DNA of 63,659 nucleotides, filler included, from Neolecta irregularis DAH-3 (taxonomy: Eukaryota), in NCBI GenBank assembly GCA_001929475.1. It is 5 parts of 5 records of this genome, joined end to end, with 100 filler letters (N's around TTAATTAATTAA, not from the genome) between each part and the next. Parts side by side here need not be neighbours in the genome. Positions count along the whole stretch, not along the records: positions 1 to 30,037 come from LXFE01000172.1; positions 30,138 to 44,850 come from LXFE01002457.1; 3 more parts are not named here. One strand, written 5' to 3'. The notes under the pieces were generated by a model, which did no database searches, was not told where the DNA came from, and was given only the letters and a program-made list of their open reading frames with translations. Made by a program: the position numbers and the translations under genes. Shown here in pieces: positions 23,128-35,905 of this stretch. Numbering within the stretch: the first letter of the stretch is position 1; each line of letters begins with the position of its first letter.

Positions 23128-25754
23128 ATGCGGTCTCTGAAAGCCCTTTTGCTCGCAGAATCCCTTTTTGTTTCGCTAATTGCTAAATCTCTGAATTTGC
23201 CACGACCCGAACATTACTCCGTCCGAGATCATTACGTCGTACACTTGAAAGATGAATACCCGGAACTCGTCGCCGAGGTTTTTGACCTGGAACTTGTAGG
23301 ACCTCTTCCAAATCTGAATGATCATTACATTTTCGCTTCACCAACGGTGCAAGATGGATATGACTATGTTCAACACTACAAAAACGTACTTCAAAGGAGA
23401 TCAGACGTGTCTCATCTACATAAACGAGCCGCAAATTCTATCTTGTGGTCAGCGAAGCAGTCGCTGAAGCAAAGAGTCAAACGGGATCTTGGCTCTCTCT
23501 ACTCAGAGGATAACAAATCTGGGAATACACTAAAAAAGAGAAACCTACCGGATATCGAAGAGATCAAGAAGCAATTCGAAATAAATGACCCTATTTTCGG
23601 CGATCAATGGCATCTTGTTTGCATCTTTACATCTTTAGCCCTAATCATTATAGGTCAACACTGTCCAACAAGGTCATGATCTCAATGTTACCGGGGTTTG
23701 GGCTGACGGCGTAACCGGCAAGGGAGTTGTAGTTGCTCTTATTGATGATGGAATTGACTACAATCATCCGGATCTAACTGATAATTTCGTATGTTGTCTG
23801 TTATCGCACCTAGCTAATTGTTGAGTTTCGAGAAGGTTCTCACGACTTTAATGATAATGACAACGAGCCACTTCCAGTTCTCTTCGACGATTATCATGGG
23901 ACACGATGTGCCGGAGAAATTGCGGCAGTTAAGAATGACGTATGTGGAATTGGAGTGGCATTCCACTCAAAAGTCTCTGCTATTCGAATGCTCTCCGGTC
24001 CAGTCGCCGATGTTGATGAAATCGCTGCTATTAACTATGAGTTTCACAAGAACCACATCTATTCATGCAGTTGGGGGCCTCCTGATAACGGTCAGTCAAT
24101 GGAAGGCCCATCAGACTTGATTGTTCGTGGCGTCATCAATGGAATCCAAAATGGTAGAGATGGAAAAGGTTCTATATTTGTCTTTGCAAGCGGAAACGGC
24201 GGACGTAGTTTCGATAATTGCAATTTCGACGGATATACAAATAGTATCTTCAGCATTACTGTTGGCGCTATCGATCGGGAAGGAAAACATCCTGTCTACT
24301 CTGAACAATGTTGTGCCCAGTTGATTGTTACTTATAGTAGTGGAGATACAGATCATATTGTATGTCTTTTGCTGCCGTTGCTTTCTGATTTATAGCACAC
24401 TACCGATGTCAAAAACAAATGTACCCAGTTTCATGGTGGAACATCAGCCGCGGCCCCTTTGGCCGCGGGTGTGCTTGCATTAGCTCTTTCAGTGAGGTAA
24501 ACCATATTTGCTAGCCTGTTCTGATAACAGACCTGAACTGACTTGGCGAGATATGCAACACCTTACGGTCCAGTCTGCAATTGAAATCAACTCCGATGAC
24601 GAAGATTGGCAGATGACCGCTAATGGTCGTCGATTCAATCATAAATTCGGATACGGAAAGATTGATGCTGGTGCACTAGTAGCAGCTGCTCGAAATTATA
24701 CACTCAAGAAAGCACCTTCGTGGTACCATTCCCAAGTTCAAGAAGTCGGACAAGATATCCTCCAGGGATCAGATGGCGCCAAAAGTATTATCACAGTAAC
24801 GAAGGAGAACCTTGCGCAAGTAAATCTGGCGAATGTTGAACACGTCACGGTAACAGTCAACATCGACCATGAAAGTCGAGGGAAAGTGGCGATTCGCTTG
24901 ATCAGCCCTCACGGAGTCATTTCACGCTTGGCGGAAAAGAGAGAATTTGACATGAGCGATGAGGGATTCAAAGATTGGAGGATGATGTCGGTGATGCACT
25001 GGTATGGCATATTAAAGCGATTCTGTTGACCTTCTCTAGGGGTGAGCCTGGAGTTGGCGAATGGACTTTGCAAGTCCTTGGTGATATGGAAATCAGACAT
25101 AAAGGAGTTTTCAAAGATTGGAAAATCAGCTTATGGGGAGAAAGTATCGATGAATCACTTGCCGTTCCTTATGAATTACCCGGGGCTTCTGAAAAGGAAG
25201 CGAAAACCCCGCTTGTGAGTGGTTCCATCGTTTCGGGAATACCTACAACCACTCAATCTGCTAGTGGAATAATGGGGGGCACAACCGAGGCGAGTACGAC
25301 CGAAATGGCTTCATCAACGATAATCACTCCTAATTCAAATTCTACCAATATAACCACTCATACAGAGGGATCTTTGACAGAGTTTGAGGGACTTCAATCT
25401 CATACCGCCCATCATGTACAAGAAACTTTGCCGTCATCTGAAGAACCTATGCTTGGCCAACATCATCCGAATATGAAGGATCCTTCGATGAAAATACTGT
25501 TTGGAGGAATAGTCCTCTTCTCTGTCTTCTTGCTCTTTGTCCTTGCTATTTGGGTCAACTATCGTCGAATGCGGAGATCCATTGGCCTCGTTGATGAATA
25601 CGAATTCAACCAATTGTCGAATGATCAAGATGATGGTATGGAGTCGAGTACTTCAGGCAATGCAAGAACCCTTTACGATGCTTTTGGACGCGACAGCGAT
25701 GAAGGAAAGTCATTTTACGACCTTGGTGGAGAAGGTAGCGATGAGGATGAATAG
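23128..25754 (+). CDS. KEX2: Kexin-like proprotein convertase, copy 1
   Basis: Signal peptide and prodomain ending KR; catalytic [16 protein letters not shown] and GGTSAAAP; P-domain, S/T region, TM helix and LYDAF tail. Confidence 0.95.
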
Positions 25755-27044
25755 GGCGCTATTCCGACTCGCTCTTCGACGCGTTTGTGAGAAGATTTGC
25801 ATAAATCCCAGGAGGATTTGGGAAGGTAATTAACAGAAATGTAGTATCAAATGTTCACTGTACATGTACATTAAAGCATTTCATCCTTTGGGATGGCGGT
25901 GCAGCTAGCCATCAAAAGAATATGTTTTCAGGAATTGTATTCCCCTGACGTTTTATATAGTAACAATAAATGAAATATCTAGTGAATTTAACTTTCAGCC
26001 AGTGATTACTTATCTGCTTTTCGAAAAGGTCAAATTCAACAGAATTTGAAAGTAATGAAAAGGTACTGATGGAGCATACTGAAAGTGATTCCGCAAATTT
26101 CTAAACAAGGTAAATCTTGCTGAATGGATAAAATCTGAATATGATCAAGACCTTGTCATAGGCCAGTAAGAAGGTGTCAACAACGCGTTGAAGCACGAGT
26201 AAACCACAGCTCCTGAGTGGGCACCTTTTACCAAGGATTTTCGCTCAAAGATATCGTCTTTGAAGACTTGTGGGAAAGCCTTCTCGTCATCAATAATTGT
26301 GTATAAATGGTCTCTGTTCTCTATATCGTGTAAAGAAGCCATGCAAGTATTATTTGGGGATACCGAGATCCTTCTAGCAAGAACCTTGATATCTGAACGA
26401 TCCTGAATTTCCATTATAGGTTTCTATTCAGTCTGATTGGAATCTGCTGCCAATTACGAAAAGAGATTACAATAATTAAGTTTTCCCATTTGACGCTAGA
26501 AACCATAACCCAATGACGTTTAATTTCTTTTGGACTTTGATGGGAGCGACTTCGTCGGTAGGTTACGAGAAGGACAACGTATGAATAACTAGAACATGAA
26601 TGTCTTAAACTAATATGAAACATCTCGAACGAAGCCTTATTCAGGTGTTTCATCTGTAAGCCAATCCCGTCCTGGATTCACAGTAGAACCTGGTTATAAC
26701 GAAAGTGGCGTTCACGGATGTTGAATTTGTTAAAAGGAGGATGGATTCCTTCTAACATGATATCACGTTAGACCTTATAATTCGTTGTACGAAGGTTCCC
26801 TATAGCCAGGTTCTACTGTACTATAAAATTGAGAACAAAAGTATCTTTTTCCTGAAACAGGCTGTGGGAATCTCTTATCTATGTTTAGAATTTCCCTGAG
26901 GATGGCCAGATCATATTCGTCCAGGTTAATCTTGGTGTTGATTAATCCATATCCCGAAAGAGTGACCTCTGTTTCACTCGCTTCCCTCTTTGATCTCTAA
27001 ACAATTCATACCCATTTCACCTTTCAGCATATTTAGTTTCTATT

Positions 27045-29644
27045 ATGCACTGGTCCTTTATTCTTCTGAATTTATTCTACTTGTCACCCGCAATAGCGAA
27101 TCTTCCTCATCGTCGGCACTATGCAGAACGCGATTTTTATGCCCTGCAGCTCGAATCGAGTATATCTCCTCTTCTCGTCGCAGAATTATTCGGTATGGAA
27201 GTTGTAGGGCCGCTCGGCGAATTAGAAGGACATTATGTTTTCTCATCTAAATTCGAATCGAACAAATACGATCGCGTAGCGCAGAAAAAGAGTCTGCTGC
27301 AGCGACGTTCAGACATTCCTATTCTACATAAACAAGCAGCAAGTGGGGTACTATGGCATAAAAAGCAGGAGCTCAGGAAGCGGACGAAAAGAGTGCTTGA
27401 CGTGGGATTGGAGTCCTGTGAACAGGAGAGCTTGTTGCGGAGACGAGATCAGCCTAATCTGGAGCAAATTAGGTCCCTTTTTGATATTCAGGATCCAATC
27501 TTTGGAGAACAATGGCATCTGGTGATATGCCAAGCTTTTTCTTTCTAATCAACAGGTCAATACCGTCCAGGTGGGTCATGATATCAACGTTACTGGTGTT
27601 TGGGAGGCTGGAGTTACGGGTGAGGGAGTCGTAGTTGCTTTAGTCGACGATGGTTTGGACATGTCTAGTGATGATTTATCTGATAATTACGTGAGTAAGA
27701 CATTTCTCTACTACAGTATTAATCGAGTGTTAGTTTCCTGCGGGTTCCTATGACTTTAACGATCATGATAGCGAACCAAAACCAGTTTTGTTGGATGATT
27801 ATCATGGAACCAGGTGTGCCGGTGAAATCGCCGCTGTTCGGAATAGCGTTTGTGGTGTTGGCGTTGCTTACAATGCCAAAGTCTCTGGTACACAATCGTC
27901 TTGTGGATTTTTGTTGACCACGAACCAGGGATTCGAATTCTGTCTGCAGATATCTCAGATGTGGATGAAGCCGTCGCATTGAATTATGCATATCAACAAA
28001 ATCATATTTATTCTTGTAGTTGGGGTCCACCTGATGATGGACAGTCAATGGAGGCACCCTCAGATCTCATCCAACGCTCCGTGGTGAATGGAATAAACAA
28101 CGGCCGAGGTAAGAGAGGTTCGATATTCGTATTCGCCAGTGGGAACGGCGCTTTTAGCGGGGATAACTGCAATTTTGATGGATACACGAATAGCATCTTC
28201 AGTATCACCGTGGGAGCCATCGATCGACAAGGCAATCATCCTCACTACGCTGAAAAATGTTGTGCTCAGCTGGCTGTAACATATAGCAGCGGCGTAAATG
28301 ATAGTATTGTAAACATCACCCTCAACCGGTACTGATTGTAAGCACACAACTGATGTTGGAAAGAACAAATGTACCACTCGTCATGGAGGAACATCAGCGG
28401 CTGCTCCTCTAGCAGCTGGTATTCTAGCTCTTGTCTTATCAGTTCGGTATCATATCTAATCAGAGTTGACACTCATCCTAGCCCGGATTTGACCTGGAGA
28501 GATATGCAATACCTGGTCCTCGAATCTGCCGTCGAAGTTGACGTAGATGACTCCGACTGGCAAATGACTGCAAAGGGCCGTAGATACAACCATAAATACG
28601 GCTACGGCAAATTTGATTCATGGGCTATCGTCCAGAACGCACGCAATTTTACACTCAAGAAGACACCGTCCTGGTACCATTCAAATGTGACAACAGTCGA
28701 ACAAGATATACCACAAGGCGAAGAAGGTCTGAAAAGTAGTATCTCCATAACGAAAGAGGACATGGCCAACGCAAATTTGGAGAATGTGGAGCATATTACG
28801 GTAACCGTAAATATTGCACATGGGCGACGTGGGGAGGTGTCAGTCCATTTGACGAGCCCCCATAATGTCACTTCTCGACTTGCCGAAAAGCGTAGCCTAG
28901 ATGGCAGCAAGGACGGGTTTGAGAATTGGCGGTTCATGTCGGTCATGCACTGGTAACTTTGATAATCTTTTCAATCATGTAATGAATAGGGGAGAGGAAG
29001 GCATCGGGAACTGGACATTACATGTCATGGACACCGAAGTCAATGAAAACAAGGGGAAACTTCAGGATTGGAAAATTTCGTTATGGGGAGAAAGCATTGA
29101 CGAATCCAAGACCGTTCCATACGAACTACCGGGTGAATCTCGCAAAGGTGGTCAACCAACCATCGATTTTCCTGTAACCTCAAGTCCGAATAGCACAGCA
29201 ATTAGCTCATCTAACGGGACATCTACATCTGAAACTGCTTCATCGATACCCTCAAGAGAACCTACAACTCCTGATAAGGTCGACGTCGTGGAGACACCGA
29301 AAGTTGTTTCATTGCCATCATCTTACGATTTCTCCAAAGAACTCAAAGATTCTGATCAAACTGTGTTTTGGTTCTTTGCAGGAATCATTATAATTCTACT
29401 CTTCATCATGATGGTTGGAATATTCTTCTGCATGCAGAGAAAGCGTGATATTCAAGCAAAAGGAGACCGGGAAAATTATGAATTCGAAGTCCTTCAGGCA
29501 TCTGACGTTGACGATGGATCAAGGAAGAGTCATCTGACACAAAACGAGACTTTGTACGATGCTTTTGGAAGGACTAGCGAGGATGGCAGGCCCTTTGATA
29601 TTGGAAAGGATGACGAGAGCGCTGATGAGAAATTGCTGCATTAA
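27045..29644 (+). CDS. KEX2: Kexin-like proprotein convertase, copy 2
   Basis: Same architecture and full catalytic set as copy 1; one additional intron at 27888-27928. Confidence 0.95.
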
Positions 29645-30037
29645 ACTCACCATTCTTAAAATATATTTAAAAATAAACTTTGGTAATGGAGCATGATGTA
29701 ATAGCATTCACTGCTTGTGTCGAGAATATCAAAGGACTTTGGACGGAGAGCGAATCGCAGGCACAGACATTTTGCTATTTCATTACCTCACTAGACCCAA
29801 TGATTACTAAGGAATCTAGGGCACTCAGATCCTGACAGCAGTATCCAATGACACATTCTCTCAGTCATGTTCTCCGGAAAACCTTGTCGCGAGATCGCAC
29901 AAAGTAGTAATGTTTTCGAGATTGACACATGGCCTGAGAAAAATAAACGATTGTTCGATTCCAAGCTTTGATAGCCAGAGCTCTTCAGCCCCCCAATGAG
30001 GAGCAGCTACAATGCTACTCTTGGGAAAACAAAACAA

Positions 30038-30137
30038 NNNNNNNNNNNNNNNNNNNNNNNNNNNNNNNNNNNNNNNNNNNNTTAATTAATTAANNNNNNN
30101 NNNNNNNNNNNNNNNNNNNNNNNNNNNNNNNNNNNNN
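30038..30137. other. Artificial scaffold gap linker
   Basis: 100 nt: N44-TTAATTAATTAA-N44 (stop codons in all six frames). Confidence 0.97.
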
Positions 30138-30347
30138 ACTAAAACATAAATAGAATGCATTATTGTTCAAGAGTGCAAGTACTAAATACCCAGATCAAGT
30201 AAGTAATACCAATTGTCAATAAACAAATACTCTAGAATGTGACTATGATAAGCGTGTTAGTCAAGGGTATGATACCGTTATCAAAGTGAGAACCCAACGA
30301 GATAGAAGATAGAGATTGAGGGAGAAGTCGAGGGAGAAGATCGAGGG

Positions 30348-31732
30348 CTAGCGTTGGACAGGGTGATTACCATGGGAGTCATTTTTATTAAAAGATCTTC
30401 GAGATCTGTATCCTGCGTTGTAAGAATGTTGATGAGGCAACGGGTGAGAAGTAGACTGACTCCTGTAGGATTGTGATTGAGCTGAATATACATGTTGAAA
30501 AGGAGGATGGTGGTCAAAAGTAGGATCGTATGGCTGTCTAAAAGTCCGTGCTGACGGCTGGGGTGGTGGAAAGGATGTGTAAGGGACTCTTCCGTAATAG
30601 CGTCTAGCAAGGGTGAGAAGGTAATTATTGGCAGAGAGTACCCATGACCTCCTGGGCTTCGACTTCGTGCTCGGGGCACAGGTTGGTAATCTGGATAGTC
30701 CAATGGCAGACGGCCACGCTCGTACTCTCTATCAGCAGAATAAAGATCTGATTCAGAGTATCGAGGTTTGTCGTGAGAAGCGACGTAACGAAGATAACGT
30801 TCTCTTTCAAAGGCGTCATAGGCAAGAGGATCTCTGGGGAGGTCTCTGGGGTCTCTGGAAAGATCTGTCGGAAGGTCTCTGGGGTCTGTCGGAAGGTCTC
30901 TGGGGTCTCTAGAAAGATCTCTGGGGTCTCTAGAAAGATCTCGAAGATCTCTGGGATCTGCTTGCCAGGAACCTCTATATGAGGTGTCATAGCTTGTGGA
31001 ATAGGCGGGAGCGGAATGATTATATTCCTCTCGCGGGGCTATCCAAGTGTCTCGGCGAGAAGCAAAAGACCCATCTTGTCGATAGTGGTTGCGACCTTGT
31101 GGTCGTCCTCTGTGTTGAAAGGGGCGGCGGGGCAGATTCTCGTCAGTACGAGCATTGGGAGAATGCGGCTTATCCAAGCGTTCGGGAGCTGGGAGGTTAG
31201 GCGGGTTGAGGGTTTGTCATACGAGCGGGACGCAGGATGTCGTCGAGGATTCTTGACGCGAGCTGTGCGGCGTTTGTGTGGTCGACGGCCACGGACTCGG
31301 CTCTCGCGGTCAGCGGGCGATACCCGTCCCCAGCGTCGGCACTGCATAGTCAGAACGGATGCGGCCGGGCGGTACTCTCTGCCTGGCGGCACGACGCGGC
31401 GGTTGTGGATTGGGTGGCCAACGCGCTGGGCCTGGACGCGCACTTTCTGGCCGAGGATGTCTGACCCGTCGAGCTGGCGCACTGCAGCGGCGCAGGACTC
31501 TGCGTCCTGGAATTCCTGGTGTCAGCGGGGGGGGAGCGGGCAGGAGTACAACGAAGCCGCAGCCGATGGTGGGCTTGAGCTCGATGTTGACGATGGGGCC
31601 GCAGGGACTGAAGATGTGGCGCAGATGGGTCATTCTGCACTCGGGCTTGAGGTTTCCGACGTAGCACTTGAGGGGCCTGCCGCCGGGGGAGAAGGGGCGG
31701 GAGACGGCGGAGGGGGCGGGCTCTGGATCCAT
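30348..31732 (-). CDS. RRM protein with a long R/D/P/S/Y-rich low-complexity tail (SR-like)
   Basis: CYVGNL...GCGFV|EFQD..QLDGSDILGQKVRVQ RRM; RDPRDL repeats and RSRSP; the 3' end depends on a predicted intron at about 30604-30641. Confidence 0.75.
30828..30960 (-). repeat. Coding tandem repeat, about 21-bp unit (RDPRDLS/TDPRDLP)
   Basis: Repeated AGATCTCTGGGGTCTCTAGAA and GGTCTCTGGGGTCTGTCGGAA units. Confidence 0.85.
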
Positions 31733-31790
31733 GTAGCGGCGAGGGGCGGCTCGTAGCGGCGAGGGGCGGCTGGTAGCGGCGAGGGGCGGG
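31733..31790. repeat. 20-bp tandem repeat x3 (GTAGCGGCGAGGGGCGGCTN) directly upstream of the RRM gene ATG
   Basis: Three near-identical copies are visible. Confidence 0.9.
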
Positions 31791-31902
31791 CAGAGATTGC
31801 GAATAGAATACACCGGGATCAACCTAATCAAATATGCATAATCATATCATAGCCCCATCATAATGGCAGAGTGTGGATGTAGGCACGACACACCAACCAC
31901 AC

Positions 31903-32946
31903 ATGACGCTGGACCTGGACGCGTGCATCGCGCAGCTGTACCGCAAGCAGCTGCCCGCGGAGGCCGTCGTCGAGGCGCTGTGCGAGCAGGCGAAGCAGCT
32001 GCTGATGCGCGAGAGCAACGTCGTGCGCGTGGCGGCGCCGGTCACGGTCGTGGGCGACATCCACGGGTCTGAATGAGTGGCTGCAGGGCCGCCGCTGACC
32101 GGCAGGCAGTTCTACGACCTGCGCGAGATCTTCCGCATCGGCGGGCACGCGCCGCACACAAACTACCTGTTTCTCGGCGACTATGTCGACCGCGGCCTGT
32201 TCAGCATCGAGACCATGGCCCTGCTGACGTGCCTCAAGCTGCGCCACCCGCTGCGCGTGCACCTGCTGCGCGGCAACCACGAGTCGCGCGGCGTCACCCA
32301 GGTGCGTGCACCGCCACCGCCACCCTCTAACCGCAGTCGTACGGCTTCTACACAGAGTGCGTGCGCAAGTACGGCAGCGCCGCCGTGTGGCGCGCGTTCA
32401 CAGGCATGTTCGACTACCTGACGCTGGCCGCCGTCATCGATGACCGCATCTTTTGCGTGCACGGCGGTACGCGCCCCCTGCCGCCGCGCTAACGCAGACC
32501 CAGGCCTGTCGCCCTCGATCCACACCATCGACCAGATCAAGGTGCTCGACCGCTTCCGCGAGATCCCGCACGAGGGCCCCATGGCCGATCTCGTGTGGTC
32601 CGACCCGGACCCCGACAAGGACGACTTCGCCATGTCCCCGCGCGGCGCCGGCTACACCTTTGGCGCCCAGGTCGTCCGGCACTTTCTGCACGCAAACCGC
32701 ATGGCCCACATCCTGCGCGCCCACCAGCTGTGCCACGAGGGCTACCAGGTGCTCTACGACGACCGCCTGAGCACCGTCTGGTCCGCCCCAAACTACTGCT
32801 ACCGCTGCGCAAACATGGCCTCCATCCTCGAGGTCGACGACACCGGCCGCCGCTTCTTCAACGTCTTTGCCGAGGCCCCAGAGAACGAGCACGACGGCCC
32901 CACGCAGCAGGGCCAGGCAAAGGAGACCATTGAGTACTTTTTGTAG
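31903..32946 (+). CDS. PPG1: PP2A-like Ser/Thr phosphatase, Ppg1 type
   Basis: [14 protein letters not shown]-terminus; GDIHG, GDYVDRG, RGNHE and SAPNYC; C-terminal EYFL; 3 introns. Confidence 0.88.
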
Positions 32947-32961
32947 TTGCTGATATATACA

Positions 32962-34507
32962 TTACGCATCTTGCCACTTCAGCGACCCCATAACCAGCGC
33001 CTTGCGCGGCACCTTTCCCGGCATCGGCGACAGCACAGCCAGCAGATCCTTGGTGACGTCAACGTGGGACCTGCACATCAGAGCCGGCTGCTTGGCCGCG
33101 TACACATAGACAAAGCCCATCGTGCTCGCTTCGCTGATCTGCCCAGGCGCATCCTCCGGATCGACGTGTGTGACCGCCAGCACTGCATTCGGCAACGCCT
33201 GCAGAGGCGCTTTGACAAACATCTCTTCAATCTGCGACAATTCCTGCCCTATAGGCAGTGCCGAGGAGTGGGCAGCCACGGCTGCGTTAGCCGTATCAAG
33301 AGCCCGGCATACCATCCGCCAGTCGGAACACCGCCTGGCTCGACAGCGTCAGGTTGACAGAGTATGCATTCAGGTTCCGCTTCGGCTCGCCGTAAAAGTA
33401 CTGCTTCGCCGCCCGGTGCTGCAGTTTTCGAATGTACGCATCGTCGCGCTCAACACATCCCCCAGACTTGCCAACCTTTAACACAGTAATAGACTGCGGA
33501 GACTCAAACTGGCGCAACATGTCGCTGTATAGCCGTTCATGCCCGACTACCACCACATGCGAAACTCCCGTCAGCAATGCACACACTGTGCGTACCGCAG
33601 AAATCCGCGACGATGTTTTGGATAATGTCGTATCCCACCTTTTTATCAATACAGCCCGCGGTATCAATGATACACCCCGCTTGGCGCGCTTGAATAAGCA
33701 GCGGTAATCGGGAGCAGTACATGTTTTGTCTTCAGACAGACGCGCGTTGAATGCCAGCGCTGCTCTCGATATCAGTTTCTTGTAATACTGCGCATGTCCC
33801 GCCGGCGAATCATAGCCGTAGTAATACACCAACGGAGTCTTTGCCGGGATCTGGCTTGGCCCAGTAGCCGAAGCAGTCCCAAACCCTTGCTCCACATCTA
33901 AAATCGTCGAGAAATTGACCGCGCTAATGGTGCCAGGCAGACTTAGCACGCCCTGTGCCATCAGCCAGTGGCGCTGCAAACATACCTCTCTCGTATCCAA
34001 ATTAATAAAATCTATTTCTCGTCCCATACGAACAGCGTACGCAACCAAAATCTTGCCAATCGAAGTCTTTCCCGAGTCGTCTGGTCCAACCAGCAACACC
34101 CTCGGTCCATTCTCCCCATACCTGAGCTTCTCCAGCCCGAAATGCAGGTTGGCGTAAACCGACATCGGCGTCTCCTCGGCGATATACTCGGAGCTTCGCA
34201 CCCCAGTGACTTCAAGCGTACATCCATCCCAGGTATACACCGCACCCTTGTACCCAGTAAAACTATACACAGGACCAATCGTCAATTCCGTGCCAAAAAT
34301 CTCGGCGGATCCGCTGATCAGCTGTTATCAGACCCGCATTATTGACTCAAAACCTTGATGTCGACTGTATTATCAAAGTCTGCTTCGAACCGATATTCGG
34401 TCTCGCGACATAACGTCCATACTTTGGAATCAACGGCACTCTACCATGAGCGGGCACATCAATCGACATACACAAGTTGATTGGAACTGCAGCCCCGGAA
34501 GAGCCAT
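32962..34507 (-). CDS. CLP1: mRNA cleavage/polyadenylation factor Clp1
   Basis: EYRFE, AEIFGTEL, YTWDGCTLEV, GPDDSGKT and KSGGCVER..QYFYG motifs. Confidence 0.95.
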
Positions 34508-34681
34508 GTCGAGATTGATCGCAACACGTGACTTGGAATATATATAGGAAAATATGGTGAAAAAAAGCAAGCCCGATGAAGAATAATTTTCATTCAAGCT
34601 CAACAGTCTTAGCACTAGTTGCGATGAAGATGTTTATTCTTCACTTTCCGAGGGCTGCGCCTCATCACCTTTAGAAGATCG

Positions 34682-35740
34682 CTACCTTTGATAACAATGC
34701 TCTCCCGTTTTCAACACTGAAATTTCATCGCCAACTTGAAAAGTGCCTTGTACTCTATCCGGTATTACATTCATGCCAAAGCACGGCGAATACTGTGCCC
34801 CCTTGTCGATTCTTCGAAACTGCTGGAGTGTTTTAAACGGCTGATGGTCTGTATCGGGGATTCCTGTTTCTGGATCCACGTTGGGCATGACACACCGGAC
34901 ACATCTGGAGACCACGTAAAAGTCGCCAATCGTGCCAATTGATATCTCCTTCCAGTGATCTTCGACCCAGGGGCCGCCTGTGCCTTTCAGTACAATGTTT
35001 GGCCGAAACCGGCTCATTTCAACCGGTTTTAAAAGACCTTGATGTCATGACGCTCACAGAATTGTATACGTGAATTGAGATCGCACAGGCTTTCTTCCGT
35101 AGTAAGCATTATTGGATACCCGTCAGAAAAGGAAGTAACAACCTTTTCCCCATTCTGAACAGTGGTACTACAAGGTAAGTTTCCTGCCACATATCGCTTC
35201 TCGGTAGGATCTTTATACGTCAGATGAATCGGGATTCGGAAGAAATTAGTGAACAAGAGAGAGTATTCTAGACCCATATCTAAAGGCGTAACGTTTGTAG
35301 TCCAGATGTCAACTCTAGGTAGACGATTACAATGCGAAAGGAATTCTTGCCTTGTTGTGAGATTTAATACGGGGCAGCGGGTACGATGGAACCAGCGGTA
35401 CTTTAATCGAATTACGCGTTCCACTTATAGAGAGTTCCAAAACATCCTTGCCGTCCTCTGAGAATAAAATATTCTGGTGAATCAAAGCCATCTACCCGTC
35501 AAATAATCCCCGATATAAATACTTGAGGGTATTCTCTCTGACTATCTCTTAGCACATCTCTGCAAGACCATACGTCATTTTGATATATTTGATAGAACCA
35601 TCCTCGTTGATCTTCTTTTGAACAAACATGAACAATCGGTCATATTTCAATCCCGTCTTGGCCAGTTGTGCCTGCTGCACACGAACACCTCGACAAGATT
35701 TTACTGGATAAATGATTATTTCACTAATGGAGCAAGGCAT
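34682..35740 (-). CDS. MOSC-domain protein (mARC-like)
   Basis: IYPVKSCRG, YDRLFM, FSDGYP, RFRPNIV and conserved RCVRCVMPNVDP. Confidence 0.92.
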
Positions 35741-35840
35741 CGTTGCCCTAGTACTACAACTCTGTACCGGCTTTATCCAGCTATTAACCATTGATTTTGG
35801 AATTCTTTATACATATTTAATATAGTACAATAAATACATG

Positions 35841-35905
35841 GGATATTACATTTCCGAATTTGGTATTACATTTCCGAACTTTAGGATATTACCATTTCCG
35901 AACTT
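35841..35905. repeat. About 21-bp tandem repeat x3 (TATTACATTTCCGAA core)
   Basis: Three copies 100-165 bp upstream of the MOSC ATG. Confidence 0.85.

Noticed and set aside
30082..30093. TTAATTAATTAA palindrome recurring four times
   Set aside because: It is always centred in a 100-nt N block, so it is an assembly linker. Adjacency across these gaps is therefore uncertain.
31016..33481. Many overlapping long ORFs in several frames
   Set aside because: Expected from stop-codon depletion in the GC-rich island
35841..35905. Possible CRISPR-like array
   Set aside because: Eukaryotic context, no unique spacers and no cas genes; a simple tandem repeat
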